64,000 nucleotides of DNA, taken from a virus. Under the pieces are notes generated by a model. The model saw only the letters and a list, made by a program, of their open reading frames with translations, was not told the DNA's origin and did no database searches. The position numbers and the translations under genes are program-made. Location: positions 1-64,000 of the IMG/VR virus record IMGVR_UViG_3300043429_000130; one strand, written 5' to 3'. Shown here one piece after another: positions 38,301 through 47,551 of this stretch; positions within the stretch are counted from its first letter, which is position 1; the number at the start of each line of letters is the position of its first letter.

Positions 38301-39947
38301 AGTCTGATTAGGAACAGAGTATTCTCTCATGTTATTAATCAAACCTTTACTTATAATAGTTTTATGTCCTTCTCTTGATGCACGTAATACTTCATATCCT
38401 ACAATAGATGTAATAACGTTTCCGTTAATATCTACAGGTTTTGTAATGTTCTGAAACTCAACACCTAGTATAATAATTTTATTACCATCATTTGTAAAGT
38501 GGTTAACAACATCACCACCAGGAATTGTAACATCAGGAAACTTATGGTGTCTAATAGGTTGACCACAAAGGCTTCCCCATATGTCTACTCTATTAGAAGG
38601 ATATAATTCTGTAGATTCCCAGTAACCCATTTTACCTTTACCTACAACACGTCCACCATCTGCTAAAACAGAAGGAACAACTGACTCTACAGTAGCCGTA
38701 TTACTTGTTTGCCATTTCTCTACTTGAATACCTTCTATAGTTTCAAATGCATCTGTACCATTAGCTAAAGCTGTGTCTGTAGATAAAGGTGCTCTACCTG
38801 GAATATGATATGATTCAGAACGTTCTCCTGTATTATATACCCATCTAATAAAAAATGCATATTGCTCATCTCTCATGTATCCAGTGTTATTACCACCTTT
38901 TACATAATAGTTACTAGGATATTCTACAGCAACCCATCTAGCTTCAATATTATTAGCTTGTAGTTGGTAGTTAAACTTAGTCTTACTGTATGTACCTACA
39001 CGTAACATGTAATTGTTTACTGTATAGATAGCATCAGATTTTTCAATAGGTTCAGTTCTTACAACAATCTGAGAAATAGGTACAGTCTCAAAATCATTAC
39101 TAAGAGCATCTAAGTAAATAGTTCCTTGGTTAGTAGAATAGTAGCCCACTCTACGTGCAATTGTTTGACCATTAATCTGAGCTAGTATAACTAATTCAAA
39201 TTCTTCAAAGTCCTCGTCAACTGCTGTAATTTTTACTTCTAAAGAAGAACTAACGTTTTGATGAGTAAATAATGACTGTACCTCAGATAGTCCAAGATAG
39301 TCTGTCACTTTAACTTTATTGATTGTATATGCAATAGCTACTTGATACGATCCATTAGGAAGAGTACCACTAGCTTTACCTTTTTCTAGAACAATGCAAG
39401 GATGCTTAATAAGAGATGTTAAACGGATCTCTTCACAGTCAAGGTCTGTTGTATAAACTCTAGTTACACAACCATTAGATATATTCTCAGTGTATTTAAA
39501 TGGAGGATTATCTAAATCCATAAATCTGTCTGGGTTCAATCCATCAGACCAATAAACTGGACGTTCACAGTCATAGCGTCTACGGCTAGTTCCTGTAATT
39601 ATATTAGAACGCTTAAAGTTTAAACACTTAGCGTTTACTTTCTTTGTATAAGAACATGCTGACTCATCAAAGACACCAATCTCAGAATCTACATCATTTG
39701 TTGTAAAGATAGCCCAAGTATCATCAGTAAGATGAATACAGCCAATCATGGTATAAGGAAGAGTTACACAATGTAAGTTAGATGGTTCATTACCTATAAC
39801 ACCAATCTGACCATCATGTGAGTTGTTTACAGCATTACGGGCATGTGTCCACAATCCCTCTCCAACGAAGGTCTCATTGTAATCCTTAACCATCCCCTTA
39901 TTAAAAAGGTTAGTGGTAGATGTAGGGTTCTGTGTATTTTCAGCCAT
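35328..39947 (-). CDS. Tail stabilisation / muzzle protein
   Basis: 1539 aa beta-rich; FNKGMVKD..NAVN..GNEPSN N-terminus and WTISYDP..WLSFHDWKP C-terminal motif; position between ring and cargo genes. Confidence 0.75.
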   Translation of the reverse strand: MAENTQNPTSTTNLFNKGMVKDYNETFVGEGLWTHARNAVNNSHDGQIGVIGNEPSNLHCVTLPYTMIGCIHLTDDTWAIFTTNDVDSEIGVFDESACSYTKKVNAKCLNFKRSNIITGTSRRRYDCERPVYWSDGLNPDRFMDLDNPPFKYTENISNGCVTRVYTTDLDCEEIRLTSLIKHPCIVLEKGKASGTLPNGSYQVAIAYTINKVKVTDYLGLSEVQSLFTHQNVSSSLEVKITAVDEDFEEFELVILAQINGQTIARRVGYYSTNQGTIYLDALSNDFETVPISQIVVRTEPIEKSDAIYTVNNYMLRVGTYSKTKFNYQLQANNIEARWVAVEYPSNYYVKGGNNTGYMRDEQYAFFIRWVYNTGERSESYHIPGRAPLSTDTALANGTDAFETIEGIQVEKWQTSNTATVESVVPSVLADGGRVVGKGKMGYWESTELYPSNRVDIWGSLCGQPIRHHKFPDVTIPGGDVVNHFTNDGNKIIILGVEFQNITKPVDINGNVITSIVGYEVLRASREGHKTIISKGLINNMREYSVPNQTNVTGLYQNYPFNDLRQDSYLTPDEQRGDNGGPNPTSSKLSKYKKDVLSFHGPDVTFSTPFLNSNELKIYQELYGEANGRFETPYKHPKFKLPTNFTDLITNVLAAVSQISKVIGAVAGADATLNLQADGDVNVTQSLLAPHRAEALMGTFVGVTNGYFSTTGVPEVGPIGAAGKRTVGNSAITAANILVLGAMSVIMTDVTSEQLMKLVLAVIPYRQYAAQYVSHGYYNKSKVTPEGNRRRKLIESSYVGSDVQSFFADTQNYMINNFNRGKFVVIKTHADISDPTVQDTSRYLISEKNANLYSTYQTPISGHYGALKIPLPSQYGQLDSLKQLPISLCIEDISTSTASKFTSNVYFNGDVYINRFTEKNSMLFFNTWLYGEPNGAELDYTMYFSMPYPRFWVNNTNLSGGLFKLASQFRSLDHRVSSAFHISRGYFYLFNSGVRDFFVESEVNVAYRDWEDRIDKRHYDYNGLTDLSNMFRSDIIKEPNYYKYDYSLSVSKLFNSQITWGNMLDRDFDPKKVESCYSYYPNRVVYSLPQQDESKKDNWRVYLANNYKTFGSRVTAIKSINKTGALFMMAYQSPMQFMGVEELKLDGTGAKITIGDGALFSGPQQLQALVNADESFEYGSCQNKFANLGCTHGVFWVSQNQGKVFQYAGQLKEISREGMKWWFAKYLPSELLAKYPNYPLYDNPVKGVGVQMTYDNTNEIIYITKKDYKPLFNDMAYDADGRFYRTVSGIKTYYDLTNTLAFEDASWTISYDPKSQTWLSFHDWKPTFTIPGKAHFMSVDTNSIWKHNVRCDSYANFYGKDYPFEVEFISATGQQVNSVRNIEYLLEVYKTHNNCADKFHVLDENFDQAVISNSEQISGLLELNLKPKNNPVAALSYPQIQTNSIKILFSKEENKYRFNQFWDITKNRGEFSTVNVPMFNTKANGYQYDINSQYIDYTKAALERKRFRHNVNKVWLRKTKSGDLKMLFKISNQKLTQSHR

Positions 39948-40299
39948 GTTTTATTACTAACTTCTTCTTGTCCAAAAATTTATATATCTCTCCAGAAAGA
40001 TGACCAACTAACCAAGCTTGTGCCTCTTCATCTGTTATATCTCTATCTTCTGTTATTCTTACTACAGCATGATAAAGTTCATGGGCAATTGTATTATGAG
40101 TTAAGAACTGATCTCCTAGCAAAAGATAATAGCTATCTATATCTGGCATTACTAGTGCACCTTCAGCCTCTCCTCCAAACTCTTCTTTTATCTTATATCT
40201 TTTATAAAGTTTCTCTGCAGCTACAGATACACTTTCTACCACTACTACTATGAGTTTACAACTATACGTTGGTAATTTTATAGTAGTACTTATCTTCAT
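39940..40299 (-). CDS. Small zincin-like metallopeptidase
   Basis: TIAHELYHAV...DEEAQAW (HExxH plus downstream E). Confidence 0.7.
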   Translation of the reverse strand: MKISTTIKLPTYSCKLIVVVVESVSVAAEKLYKRYKIKEEFGGEAEGALVMPDIDSYYLLLGDQFLTHNTIAHELYHAVVRITEDRDITDEEAQAWLVGHLSGEIYKFLDKKKLVIKHG

Positions 40300-40302
40300 A
40301 CA

Positions 40303-41196
40303 CTATACACCATCTGTGCTTTTAAACATGTCATAATAACGGTTATATTGAGCTTTACGGTTCATCTGCCATACTTTATACATTTCTGCAAAGTCTGGAG
40401 TGTTAACAATACTAAGTGCGTTATTACGAGCACCTCTTAAACGCTGCTCAATAAGCTGCATTTTTTGGCTAACATCTTCTCCGTTAATATATAAGTTTTC
40501 TAGAATACGCTGCTTCATAGCATACTCATAGTACTCATTAATCACAGGATGGTCAAGTACCAATAAGTTACCATCATGATCTTCAAGAGCACCTTGGTAA
40601 GAAATAAATACAGATCCTTCTTCTAGATTAGTATAGATAAATCCGTTTTTAATATAACCAGTTCTCTGAGTATCATTAAGAGCATCTATTCTTCCTGTAG
40701 AAGTAGCAATATCTAACTTGTGTAATGTTTCATAAGTTTTAACCTCATGCTTACGTTTCTCAACTACTTGTACATATACTTTCTCACCGGTCTTACATTC
40801 TACAGCATACGTTCTTTCACATAAACATGTAGTATCTGTACCTCCACATTTGTTACATGTATTTACACCGTTTACAACAGTGCATTTAGAAGGATCTAAT
40901 ATCACATTCTCAGTGTGACGACCAGACATAGAAGGATATGATACCGTATACTTACCACATAAGTAAGCATAGTTAAGTACATAGAAGTCACCAGGTAGTT
41001 TAGCTTTCTTCTTTTCAATATCTACTACCTTTTCTTTAGTACCATGGATTCTAAGACCTAGGTCATAGTTAACTCTTTGAGCCACTTTAATTAGCTGAGC
41101 AGGCTCAATCATACCCTCATTACTGTAGGTGACAAAGTCTGTCTGAACTTCATTAAGAAGCTCATCAAAGGTTCTATATTGTAATTCAGTTTTCAT
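40303..41196 (-). CDS. Putative tail ring/adaptor protein with Cys-rich insert
   Basis: 297 aa; GFIYTNLEEGSVFISY..DHDGNLLVLDHP resembles crAss ring proteins; synteny. Confidence 0.55.
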   Translation of the reverse strand: MKTELQYRTFDELLNEVQTDFVTYSNEGMIEPAQLIKVAQRVNYDLGLRIHGTKEKVVDIEKKKAKLPGDFYVLNYAYLCGKYTVSYPSMSGRHTENVILDPSKCTVVNGVNTCNKCGGTDTTCLCERTYAVECKTGEKVYVQVVEKRKHEVKTYETLHKLDIATSTGRIDALNDTQRTGYIKNGFIYTNLEEGSVFISYQGALEDHDGNLLVLDHPVINEYYEYAMKQRILENLYINGEDVSQKMQLIEQRLRGARNNALSIVNTPDFAEMYKVWQMNRKAQYNRYYDMFKSTDGV

Positions 41197-41867
41197 CGTA
41201 ATACATTCTGTTTATCTTGAGAACTATCTGATGGAATCTGCATCATTCCCATAAGATCTTTAAATACGTTACTTTCTATCTCACCAAACAGATAATCTGG
41301 TACATTGAAAGGCTGATCTGTTTTTTGGATACAGCTATCAGCAGCACAAGTAAAAGCTGAAATATCTTCTTCAAAGATTCCTTCTATACGTACAGCATCC
41401 CAATCTAAATCAGGAAAGTATAGATAGTCATTTAGATACCAGAAGTATTTAGATTTGTTATACTTAAAGTTTTTAGATTTAGATAAAGCTAAATATGTAC
41501 CAGGATTAGTTGGTTGAAGTTCTTCTGAACCATCAATAGATGTTGTAGAACGAATAAGTGGGCCATAATAGCCTTGCATAAAAACAGGCATTTTATCTTT
41601 AGTACGTTTAATAGTACAATCAGATTTTAATCCTGTGCAACATGCTTCCACTTTATCTACCTCAACAAGCTCAACAAAGTCTAGGGTTTGTACTACACCA
41701 GAGAAAGAAAGAAGCTGATTTTTACCGTCTTCACGTTTCATCAACCACTTAGCATGCTTTAGGATGAATGCATAAATAGCTCTATCAGTCAAGAAAGCAT
41801 CTTGTCTGACAGCCTTTATCTGTGTACGCATTCTAGAGATTACATCTCCTATAGTAGTTTTAGCCAT
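41193..41867 (-). CDS. Putative tail ring/tubular protein
   Basis: 224 aa; KYFWYLNDYLY..VRIEGIFEE; synteny. Confidence 0.55.
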   Translation of the reverse strand: MAKTTIGDVISRMRTQIKAVRQDAFLTDRAIYAFILKHAKWLMKREDGKNQLLSFSGVVQTLDFVELVEVDKVEACCTGLKSDCTIKRTKDKMPVFMQGYYGPLIRSTTSIDGSEELQPTNPGTYLALSKSKNFKYNKSKYFWYLNDYLYFPDLDWDAVRIEGIFEEDISAFTCAADSCIQKTDQPFNVPDYLFGEIESNVFKDLMGMMQIPSDSSQDKQNVLR

Positions 41868-41871
41868 AGCT

Positions 41872-42462
41872 TTAATCTAAATTAAACTCATCATATCCAC
41901 CGTCTTTAATGATCTGTTGAGTTTCTTGTTTCTTAAAATCTTTAAACTTTTCTTTTCTAAAAAGTCTACTAACCCTTACAAGATTATCAACCATCACATA
42001 CTTCTTCCATTCTTGTGGGTAAGTTTGCCCAACCATCCTTTTAAAATCTCTGATCCCAGTAAAGCTCCACATCTCATGATGTTTAAATCTATACTTGGTT
42101 TCAAAGTTTGTATAGAAAATCTTAGCAGCATACTGATCAGATTCCCAGTTTTGATGTTGTATTACTGTACCATACTTTTTACTTTTACTAAAGTCTACGT
42201 TACTCTTTTTACGAGGACATGTCCCTATAAATATGTAACCTAGTTGTTCTGGTAGTTCTACACCATCACGTTCATCTACAACCTTTTCCCATATCTGCCC
42301 ATTAAAAGCATTAATTATACTTTTAAAAGTAGCCATATCCATAGAAGCATACCTTGGATTACTTGCAATAAACTTCTTGTAGAAATCTATATTAGTAAGG
42401 TTTAACTTCTTAGGTCTATATCTTGGAGCATTTAAGTCCGGTTTTTTACATGCTTTTGCCAC
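41872..42462 (-). CDS. IHF/HU-like protein
   Basis: GTG start; SIINAFNGQIWEKVV..GVELPEQLGYIFI resembles the HU/IHF core; crAss tail modules carry such a gene. Confidence 0.6.
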   Translation of the reverse strand: MAKACKKPDLNAPRYRPKKLNLTNIDFYKKFIASNPRYASMDMATFKSIINAFNGQIWEKVVDERDGVELPEQLGYIFIGTCPRKKSNVDFSKSKKYGTVIQHQNWESDQYAAKIFYTNFETKYRFKHHEMWSFTGIRDFKRMVGQTYPQEWKKYVMVDNLVRVSRLFRKEKFKDFKKQETQQIIKDGGYDEFNLD

Positions 42463-42468
42463 AATGAT

Positions 42469-42526
42469 CTACATTAATAATTTACGAAAAATCCATGAAG
42501 TTTCCTACTTAAACTTTTATAGTTTA
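42469..42526 (-). promoter_or_regulatory. 58-bp promoter/operator element, copy 2
   Basis: TAAAC-N5-AAGTTT-N7-AAACTT...GTAAATTATTAATGTAG, 6 nt before GTG. Confidence 0.65.
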
Positions 42527-43840
42527 AACGTTATGGGTAAACTCAGATACTTTACCCTTATTTAAGTCATGGATTTCCATAACTGCCTGACGCTTAGATC
42601 CTGTAAACTTGTTGTGATAATGCCAGTAGTCTGACTTAGATAGAGAAGGAAGATGCTTGATGCTAAAACCATGCACCTCATTGTCTGTTACAAACTCAGT
42701 AACTTTCTTAGTATGGAAGTGTCCAGTAAAGCATGTACGGAATGTAGTGTTACCCCACTGAAAAGGAAACTCTGTAGCATATACAAGAGCTGTCATTTTC
42801 TTAGTAACGTCCCCATGTTCAAATGCAAAGAAGTTCTGACCCCAGGTCACAACTTTTCTTTCCTCATAGGTAGCATTAAATACAATAGATGGTTCTTGTG
42901 TAAAGCACTTAGATAGTGCGTGTACCAGATGGTAGGAAGATAAACGGTCATGATTACCAGGTAGGTATACAACCTCTAGTTCTTTACAGAACTGCTTGAT
43001 AAAGTTAACTGACCAGAACATAGCATCAAATGCTTCATTATAAGCATCCTGAGCTCTAAGGTCAGAGTCTACTGGCGTACCCTTAGTAGTTAGTCCACTA
43101 AAAGTATCCATGTTTAAAAGATCACCTCCTACTACGTATATGATCTTTTCTAGATTATGAGAGTAATAAGATCTTAATACTAGACTCTTAATACTTTCTT
43201 TAAAGTCATCTACTACAGATAGGTTACCCTCTTTACCAAAGTGGAGATCCTGTATAGACAAGATCCCCACAGTTGGGTTTTCAAATTTGTCATTAACAAA
43301 TACCTCTGCAACGGGTTTATATGACGGGTTAAAATTCTGTAAAGTTTCTTGTAATAAGTCCTTGGGTTCCAAGACTTTCTGTGTAACCATGGCTGAAATA
43401 AGCCAGTAGTCTTTATGTTGTTTGTTCCAGTAGGAACTAAGTTTCCACTTTTCAGTGTCTATTTTTAATATCCTAATTATCTCTTCTGGACTCTTAGGTT
43501 CTGAGAAGGCTATACCTTTAATCTCTGCTACCCCTTCTTCAAGGTTTTCCTTCCATTCTACGACCTTTTCTTTAGTTTGGTTGATTGTATCCACCAACTG
43601 ATTTTCAAGGTCTGTAATGTACTGATTTTTGATTGTATCATCATCTATCAGTTCTAGCATCCTTTTACCTACAATACTAACAAGACTACTATCTAGTTCA
43701 TCTTGTAAAAGATCTTTTGTTTGTAAAATCTGTTTCTTAATTTCTTGGTACTTTTGTAGTGAAATACCTAACTTTGAAGCACAGACCTCGTCAGTTTTCT
43801 TCCACCTTAGAGAGCCATACACCTGGTTGATTAGTGTCAT
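42524..43840 (-). CDS. Calcineurin-like metallophosphoesterase with N-terminal HTH-like region
   Basis: DLHFG, GGDLLNMD, PGNHD, EHGD, TGHFH. Confidence 0.85.
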   Translation of the reverse strand: MTLINQVYGSLRWKKTDEVCASKLGISLQKYQEIKKQILQTKDLLQDELDSSLVSIVGKRMLELIDDDTIKNQYITDLENQLVDTINQTKEKVVEWKENLEEGVAEIKGIAFSEPKSPEEIIRILKIDTEKWKLSSYWNKQHKDYWLISAMVTQKVLEPKDLLQETLQNFNPSYKPVAEVFVNDKFENPTVGILSIQDLHFGKEGNLSVVDDFKESIKSLVLRSYYSHNLEKIIYVVGGDLLNMDTFSGLTTKGTPVDSDLRAQDAYNEAFDAMFWSVNFIKQFCKELEVVYLPGNHDRLSSYHLVHALSKCFTQEPSIVFNATYEERKVVTWGQNFFAFEHGDVTKKMTALVYATEFPFQWGNTTFRTCFTGHFHTKKVTEFVTDNEVHGFSIKHLPSLSKSDYWHYHNKFTGSKRQAVMEIHDLNKGKVSEFTHNV

Positions 43841-43936
43841 AGTTGTTTGGATTTGGTATATGGTGTATAAAGTTAGCTCATGTTAATGAATAATAGTACT
43901 TTTTATACACAAAATATCAACATTCTAAAATTTTTA

Positions 43937-44004
43937 GCCCCCGATGTAGAAACACCAGGGGCCTTGTTTGTCAGGTGGAAACCAACAAAACCACTGACTT
44001 TTTT
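43937..44004. other. Tandem hairpins (terminator or structured RNA)
   Basis: 43937-43962: 11-bp stem with two G-U pairs on the - strand; 43970-43998: GTCA-G-GTGG..CCAC-TGAC with T6 on the + strand. Confidence 0.55.
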
Positions 44005-44009
44005 ATATT

Positions 44010-44528
44010 TTAAATAGAACCAACTGCAGAACATACTGTTCCACCACTAGGTATATACTGACCACCAGCAACACAAGGGTCAATAGTAGCTGTAGCAAAA
44101 CCAGCAAGAACTGTTCCGTAAATAGTTGTTCTAAGATTAGTACTAGGATTACATGATACACCTGTAGTTGTATACTCCACTTCAATTGTAAAGTCAGTAT
44201 TTACAGTTACAGGTCCTGATAAGTTAATTTGACCTCCTAAGAAGTCATCTATAGTTCCACCAATACATGGTTGGAAAGATGCACTAGCACTCACTACACT
44301 AACTGTAGCTGCTGTAAAAGTTCTTGGTGACCCAAAAGTTCCTCCACCACAGCTTGCTTCTACAGTACCTGAATAAGATGTAGCTGTTAGACCAACTGCA
44401 GTAAACGAGTTTGTAGCAGTAATCATTGTAGTTACATTTGAAGGATCAGCTGTAGGCCAATACTTTACCCTATACCCTGACGATGGGGCAGGTGATGCTG
44501 CAGGGAAAGTTAAACTTAAGGTTGCCAT
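44010..44528 (-). CDS. FN3/Ig-like virion decoration protein
   Basis: LTFPAASPAPSSGYRVKYW...GLTATSYSGTVEASC. Confidence 0.6.
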   Translation of the reverse strand: MATLSLTFPAASPAPSSGYRVKYWPTADPSNVTTMITATNSFTAVGLTATSYSGTVEASCGGGTFGSPRTFTAATVSVVSASASFQPCIGGTIDDFLGGQINLSGPVTVNTDFTIEVEYTTTGVSCNPSTNLRTTIYGTVLAGFATATIDPCVAGGQYIPSGGTVCSAVGSI

Positions 44529-44731
44529 TATGAATTAGTGTTTATCCAGTTATCAGCCTCAATAAGATTGTTAAAGAATGGGCTAAGTGCATTATGATCT
44601 TTCATAACTACATTTCTCATTCCATCATACTGCTTAAAAATAGTATAGTGTGAACCATTAAGTTCATAAGAGGCATGGATTATATAGTCTACACCTAGAT
44701 CGTTTTTTACTATAGCTGTTAGTTCTTTCAT
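44528..44731 (-). CDS. Hypothetical protein
   Basis: 67 aa, 1-nt stop/start overlaps on both sides. Confidence 0.6.
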   Translation of the reverse strand: MKELTAIVKNDLGVDYIIHASYELNGSHYTIFKQYDGMRNVVMKDHNALSPFFNNLIEADNWINTNS

Positions 44732-45849
44732 TATACTACAGGTGTTGTTGTATCATTAATATCTATGTTACCTACATTAGTAGATCTATTATATGTAATA
44801 ACAGCTAAACGTTGACCTCTTGATAATCCAGCATTAATGTTTGGACTTTCAAGATCTGAAGAACCTGTAGCAATTGAGCTACCATTTTTATATGCTGTAA
44901 TTACTTTACTAGCAGATGCTCCTGTTAATGTAGCAGTAGCTGTAGGGTTTGTATAACTATATGCTGGTGATCCAGTACTACCCTGTTTAACCATACAACC
45001 TCCTTTATAGAAAGTAAAGCTTAAGTTAATAGGATTGGTACCAACAGTGGCATACCAGAAAGCACGACAGTCTATTACCACTTCATTTTGTCCAGCTCCA
45101 AGTTGTGTAAAATCAACAAGTACTGTTTCAAAACCAGTACCTACGTTATCACTACCCCACATAGCTAATGGTTTAATAACCATATCACAAACGTTACCAC
45201 TTTCTATGTAAGTAGCAGACTGTGGAGTTCTTTGATACTGATTCCAACCAATATATTTACCTTGACCATTTTGATCTGCATAAGTTGTACCATCAATAGA
45301 TACAATTCTTGTACGTGTATCCAAGTCTTGACCATCACTAAACTGATAAGTAATAACCATGTAATCTGCATCAAACGTAAAGTTTGTCTCACCAATTACT
45401 ATATTTTCTGTAGTTACACAACCTGTTACAGTGTCTGTTACTGTAGCCACATATGTTTGTCCACCAGTTAATCCTGTAGCGGTTATTGTTGTTTGTACAG
45501 GAGATGTATTCCAACTGTAAGTGTATGAACCAGAACCACCTACAATATTACTAATAGTAGCTGTTCCGTTTGTACCAGTTTGGTTAGTAGGAGATGTAGA
45601 AGAAATATTAAATGTTACATTACAAACAGAGTCTGTAAAGTTTACTCTAGTAGAGTTACCAAAACTACAAACTGATTCAATAGTACCTGTATAATTATAT
45701 CCAGGTAAGTTATTAATAACAGCAGGACTACTTGTAACAGTTGTTGTTAATACTGTTCCAGGAGTAGCTGTATCCCAATACCTAACAAGGTAACCACCAG
45801 ATGGAGCTGGGCTAGCTGCTGTAAAATTTATAGTTAATTGATTAGCCAT
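44731..45849 (-). CDS. FN3 plus SprB-repeat-like virion protein
   Basis: FN3-like N-terminus; GTATI..GGSGSYTYSWN..ATGL.GG.TY..TVTD..GC segment resembles a Bacteroidota SprB repeat. Confidence 0.6.
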   Translation of the reverse strand: MANQLTINFTAASPAPSGGYLVRYWDTATPGTVLTTTVTSSPAVINNLPGYNYTGTIESVCSFGNSTRVNFTDSVCNVTFNISSTSPTNQTGTNGTATISNIVGGSGSYTYSWNTSPVQTTITATGLTGGQTYVATVTDTVTGCVTTENIVIGETNFTFDADYMVITYQFSDGQDLDTRTRIVSIDGTTYADQNGQGKYIGWNQYQRTPQSATYIESGNVCDMVIKPLAMWGSDNVGTGFETVLVDFTQLGAGQNEVVIDCRAFWYATVGTNPINLSFTFYKGGCMVKQGSTGSPAYSYTNPTATATLTGASASKVITAYKNGSSIATGSSDLESPNINAGLSRGQRLAVITYNRSTNVGNIDINDTTTPVV

Positions 45850-45855
45850 TTATAC

Positions 45856-46302
45856 TTATCCTTGGGTTCCTAAACATTGATCTCTACGAATAAAAGTACC
45901 ACCGTTAACAGTACCATCTACTGCACAAATTGTTTGAGTAAGTTCTGAAGTTGAAGAGTTAAATACTGAAATACTACTAAATGATCCACATGGTGTATAT
46001 GTATACTGTGCAGTATCTAATAGTTCATATGTATAACAAGAAGATGATGATCCAGACCCTTCTACACCAAACGTTTCTACAATTTGTAATCCTGATCCAC
46101 AGTCTACCATTAGTCTAACCTCTAAAGGATAACATGATGGTACACCAGATATAGTAATAGGATTAGCTTTTTTATTAGGTTCAGTGTACCAAACCTCATC
46201 ACCTACTACTCTCCATTGGACAGTATAACCACTATCTGGCATTATGCTAGATGTAGTGTACTGAATAGTTAAAGTTTTTAACGAACTACAAGGTGTTGGC
46301 AT
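45856..46302 (-). CDS. FN3-like Cys-rich virion protein
   Basis: PDSGYTVQWR...ITISGVP..C; paralogous to neighbours. Confidence 0.55.
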   Translation of the reverse strand: MPTPCSSLKTLTIQYTTSSIMPDSGYTVQWRVVGDEVWYTEPNKKANPITISGVPSCYPLEVRLMVDCGSGLQIVETFGVEGSGSSSSCYTYELLDTAQYTYTPCGSFSSISVFNSSTSELTQTICAVDGTVNGGTFIRRDQCLGTQG

Positions 46303-46313
46303 ATGGTTATTTA

Positions 46314-46970
46314 TTATACAATTGTACCTGTACCACTCACTTTAATTTGTGAGCCAACAAATGCTCTAAATGTTTGAGGAGCATTTTGTACTACAGTAAT
46401 ATTAAAGATTTGATGATTGGTTCCTGTAGCTTTAATAACAGTTGCACCGCCTGACAATGCTGTACTAGGTGCTGCTGAAGCTACAAATAAAGTTGTATTA
46501 GTAACACTTGCTACAGTAGTTCCTGCAGGAAATGCCCCAACACCAGCCGTTACTTCTAAAGTCATACCTGCTACTAAACCAGTTGTACTACCTACAGTGA
46601 TAGCTGTACCATTACTTGTTGCACCTGCTGTAGAAGTATAAATAGGACCAAGTCCTAAATAACTTACTACCATTGGTGTAGTTGTAGTAGATGTAGCTGT
46701 ATAGTTAGCTAATGTAATAGCCGGGCTAATTACACCATTAAGTACTTTATGTAGTTTAGTCAATACAGTAAGTAAACGATCACCGTTAAGAATACCAAGA
46801 GCTGGAAGATTAGGTCCAGCAAACTTTACACAATCAGTAAACAAAATCTCATCACATGGTTCACCACTTACACAAGGAGGTAAACTCACTGAGTTTGTAG
46901 GAGAGCAATCTGCACAACCATCGTTGCAGTTACCTAAAGGTAGGGGAGTATCGTTACAACCGCATGACAT
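46314..46970 (-). CDS. Cys-rich structural protein
   Basis: N-terminal Cys cluster; CVKFAGPNL..LNGD motif shared with the 410-aa gene; STTGLVAGM beta module. Confidence 0.55.
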   Translation of the reverse strand: MSCGCNDTPLPLGNCNDGCADCSPTNSVSLPPCVSGEPCDEILFTDCVKFAGPNLPALGILNGDRLLTVLTKLHKVLNGVISPAITLANYTATSTTTTPMVVSYLGLGPIYTSTAGATSNGTAITVGSTTGLVAGMTLEVTAGVGAFPAGTTVASVTNTTLFVASAAPSTALSGGATVIKATGTNHQIFNITVVQNAPQTFRAFVGSQIKVSGTGTIV

Positions 46971-46995
46971 AATCTTATATTATTAAATGTTTATA

Positions 46996-47550
46996 TTAAG
47001 TTTCAGGTGTTAATTCAGCAGTTACCCCAGTAGGTGCATTACACACAGGAGGAGCAGATGTTACACCAGTAGCAAATGCACAATCAGTTTTAGTAATAGT
47101 TCCCGCTGTAGGAACAACTCTAATCTTATAAGTAGTACTTGCTGTAAGAGAACTGAAAGTACCAGTAAGAGTTGTTGTACCAGTAGGTGTTTGAGAAGCT
47201 AGCTCTGATGTACCACCAGAGTTAAATAACTTAACAACATAACTTGTAACAGATCCACCAATCTCTGGAAAACTATAAGATAGACTATCAGAAGCAGGTG
47301 TTACTGTAACAGTAGGACAGATCATATTGATCTTCTGTACTGTAGGACTTGATGTACTTGTTCCACCATTACAAGCCGTTAGTATTTTAAAATCATAAAT
47401 AAGATTATCACTTAATCCTGTAACAGTTTCTGTTGTAGCAGTACCTGACACAGTACTAAATGTAGTCCATGTAGAAGCTGATGCAAGTTTATATTGCACA
47501 GTTTGTGATGTAGATCCAGCACCAGGTGTCCAGTTAAGTGTTACGTTCAT
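46996..47550 (-). CDS. Tandem FN3-domain protein
   Basis: LNWTP..VQYK..TGLSDNLIYDFKI; second repeat SLTASTTYKIRV. Confidence 0.7.
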   Translation of the reverse strand: MNVTLNWTPGAGSTSQTVQYKLASASTWTTFSTVSGTATTETVTGLSDNLIYDFKILTACNGGTSTSSPTVQKINMICPTVTVTPASDSLSYSFPEIGGSVTSYVVKLFNSGGTSELASQTPTGTTTLTGTFSSLTASTTYKIRVVPTAGTITKTDCAFATGVTSAPPVCNAPTGVTAELTPET

Positions 47551-47551
47551 C

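Noticed and set aside
43845-44005. tRNA gene in the intergenic gap
   Set aside because: No cloverleaf or T-loop GTTCRA consensus.
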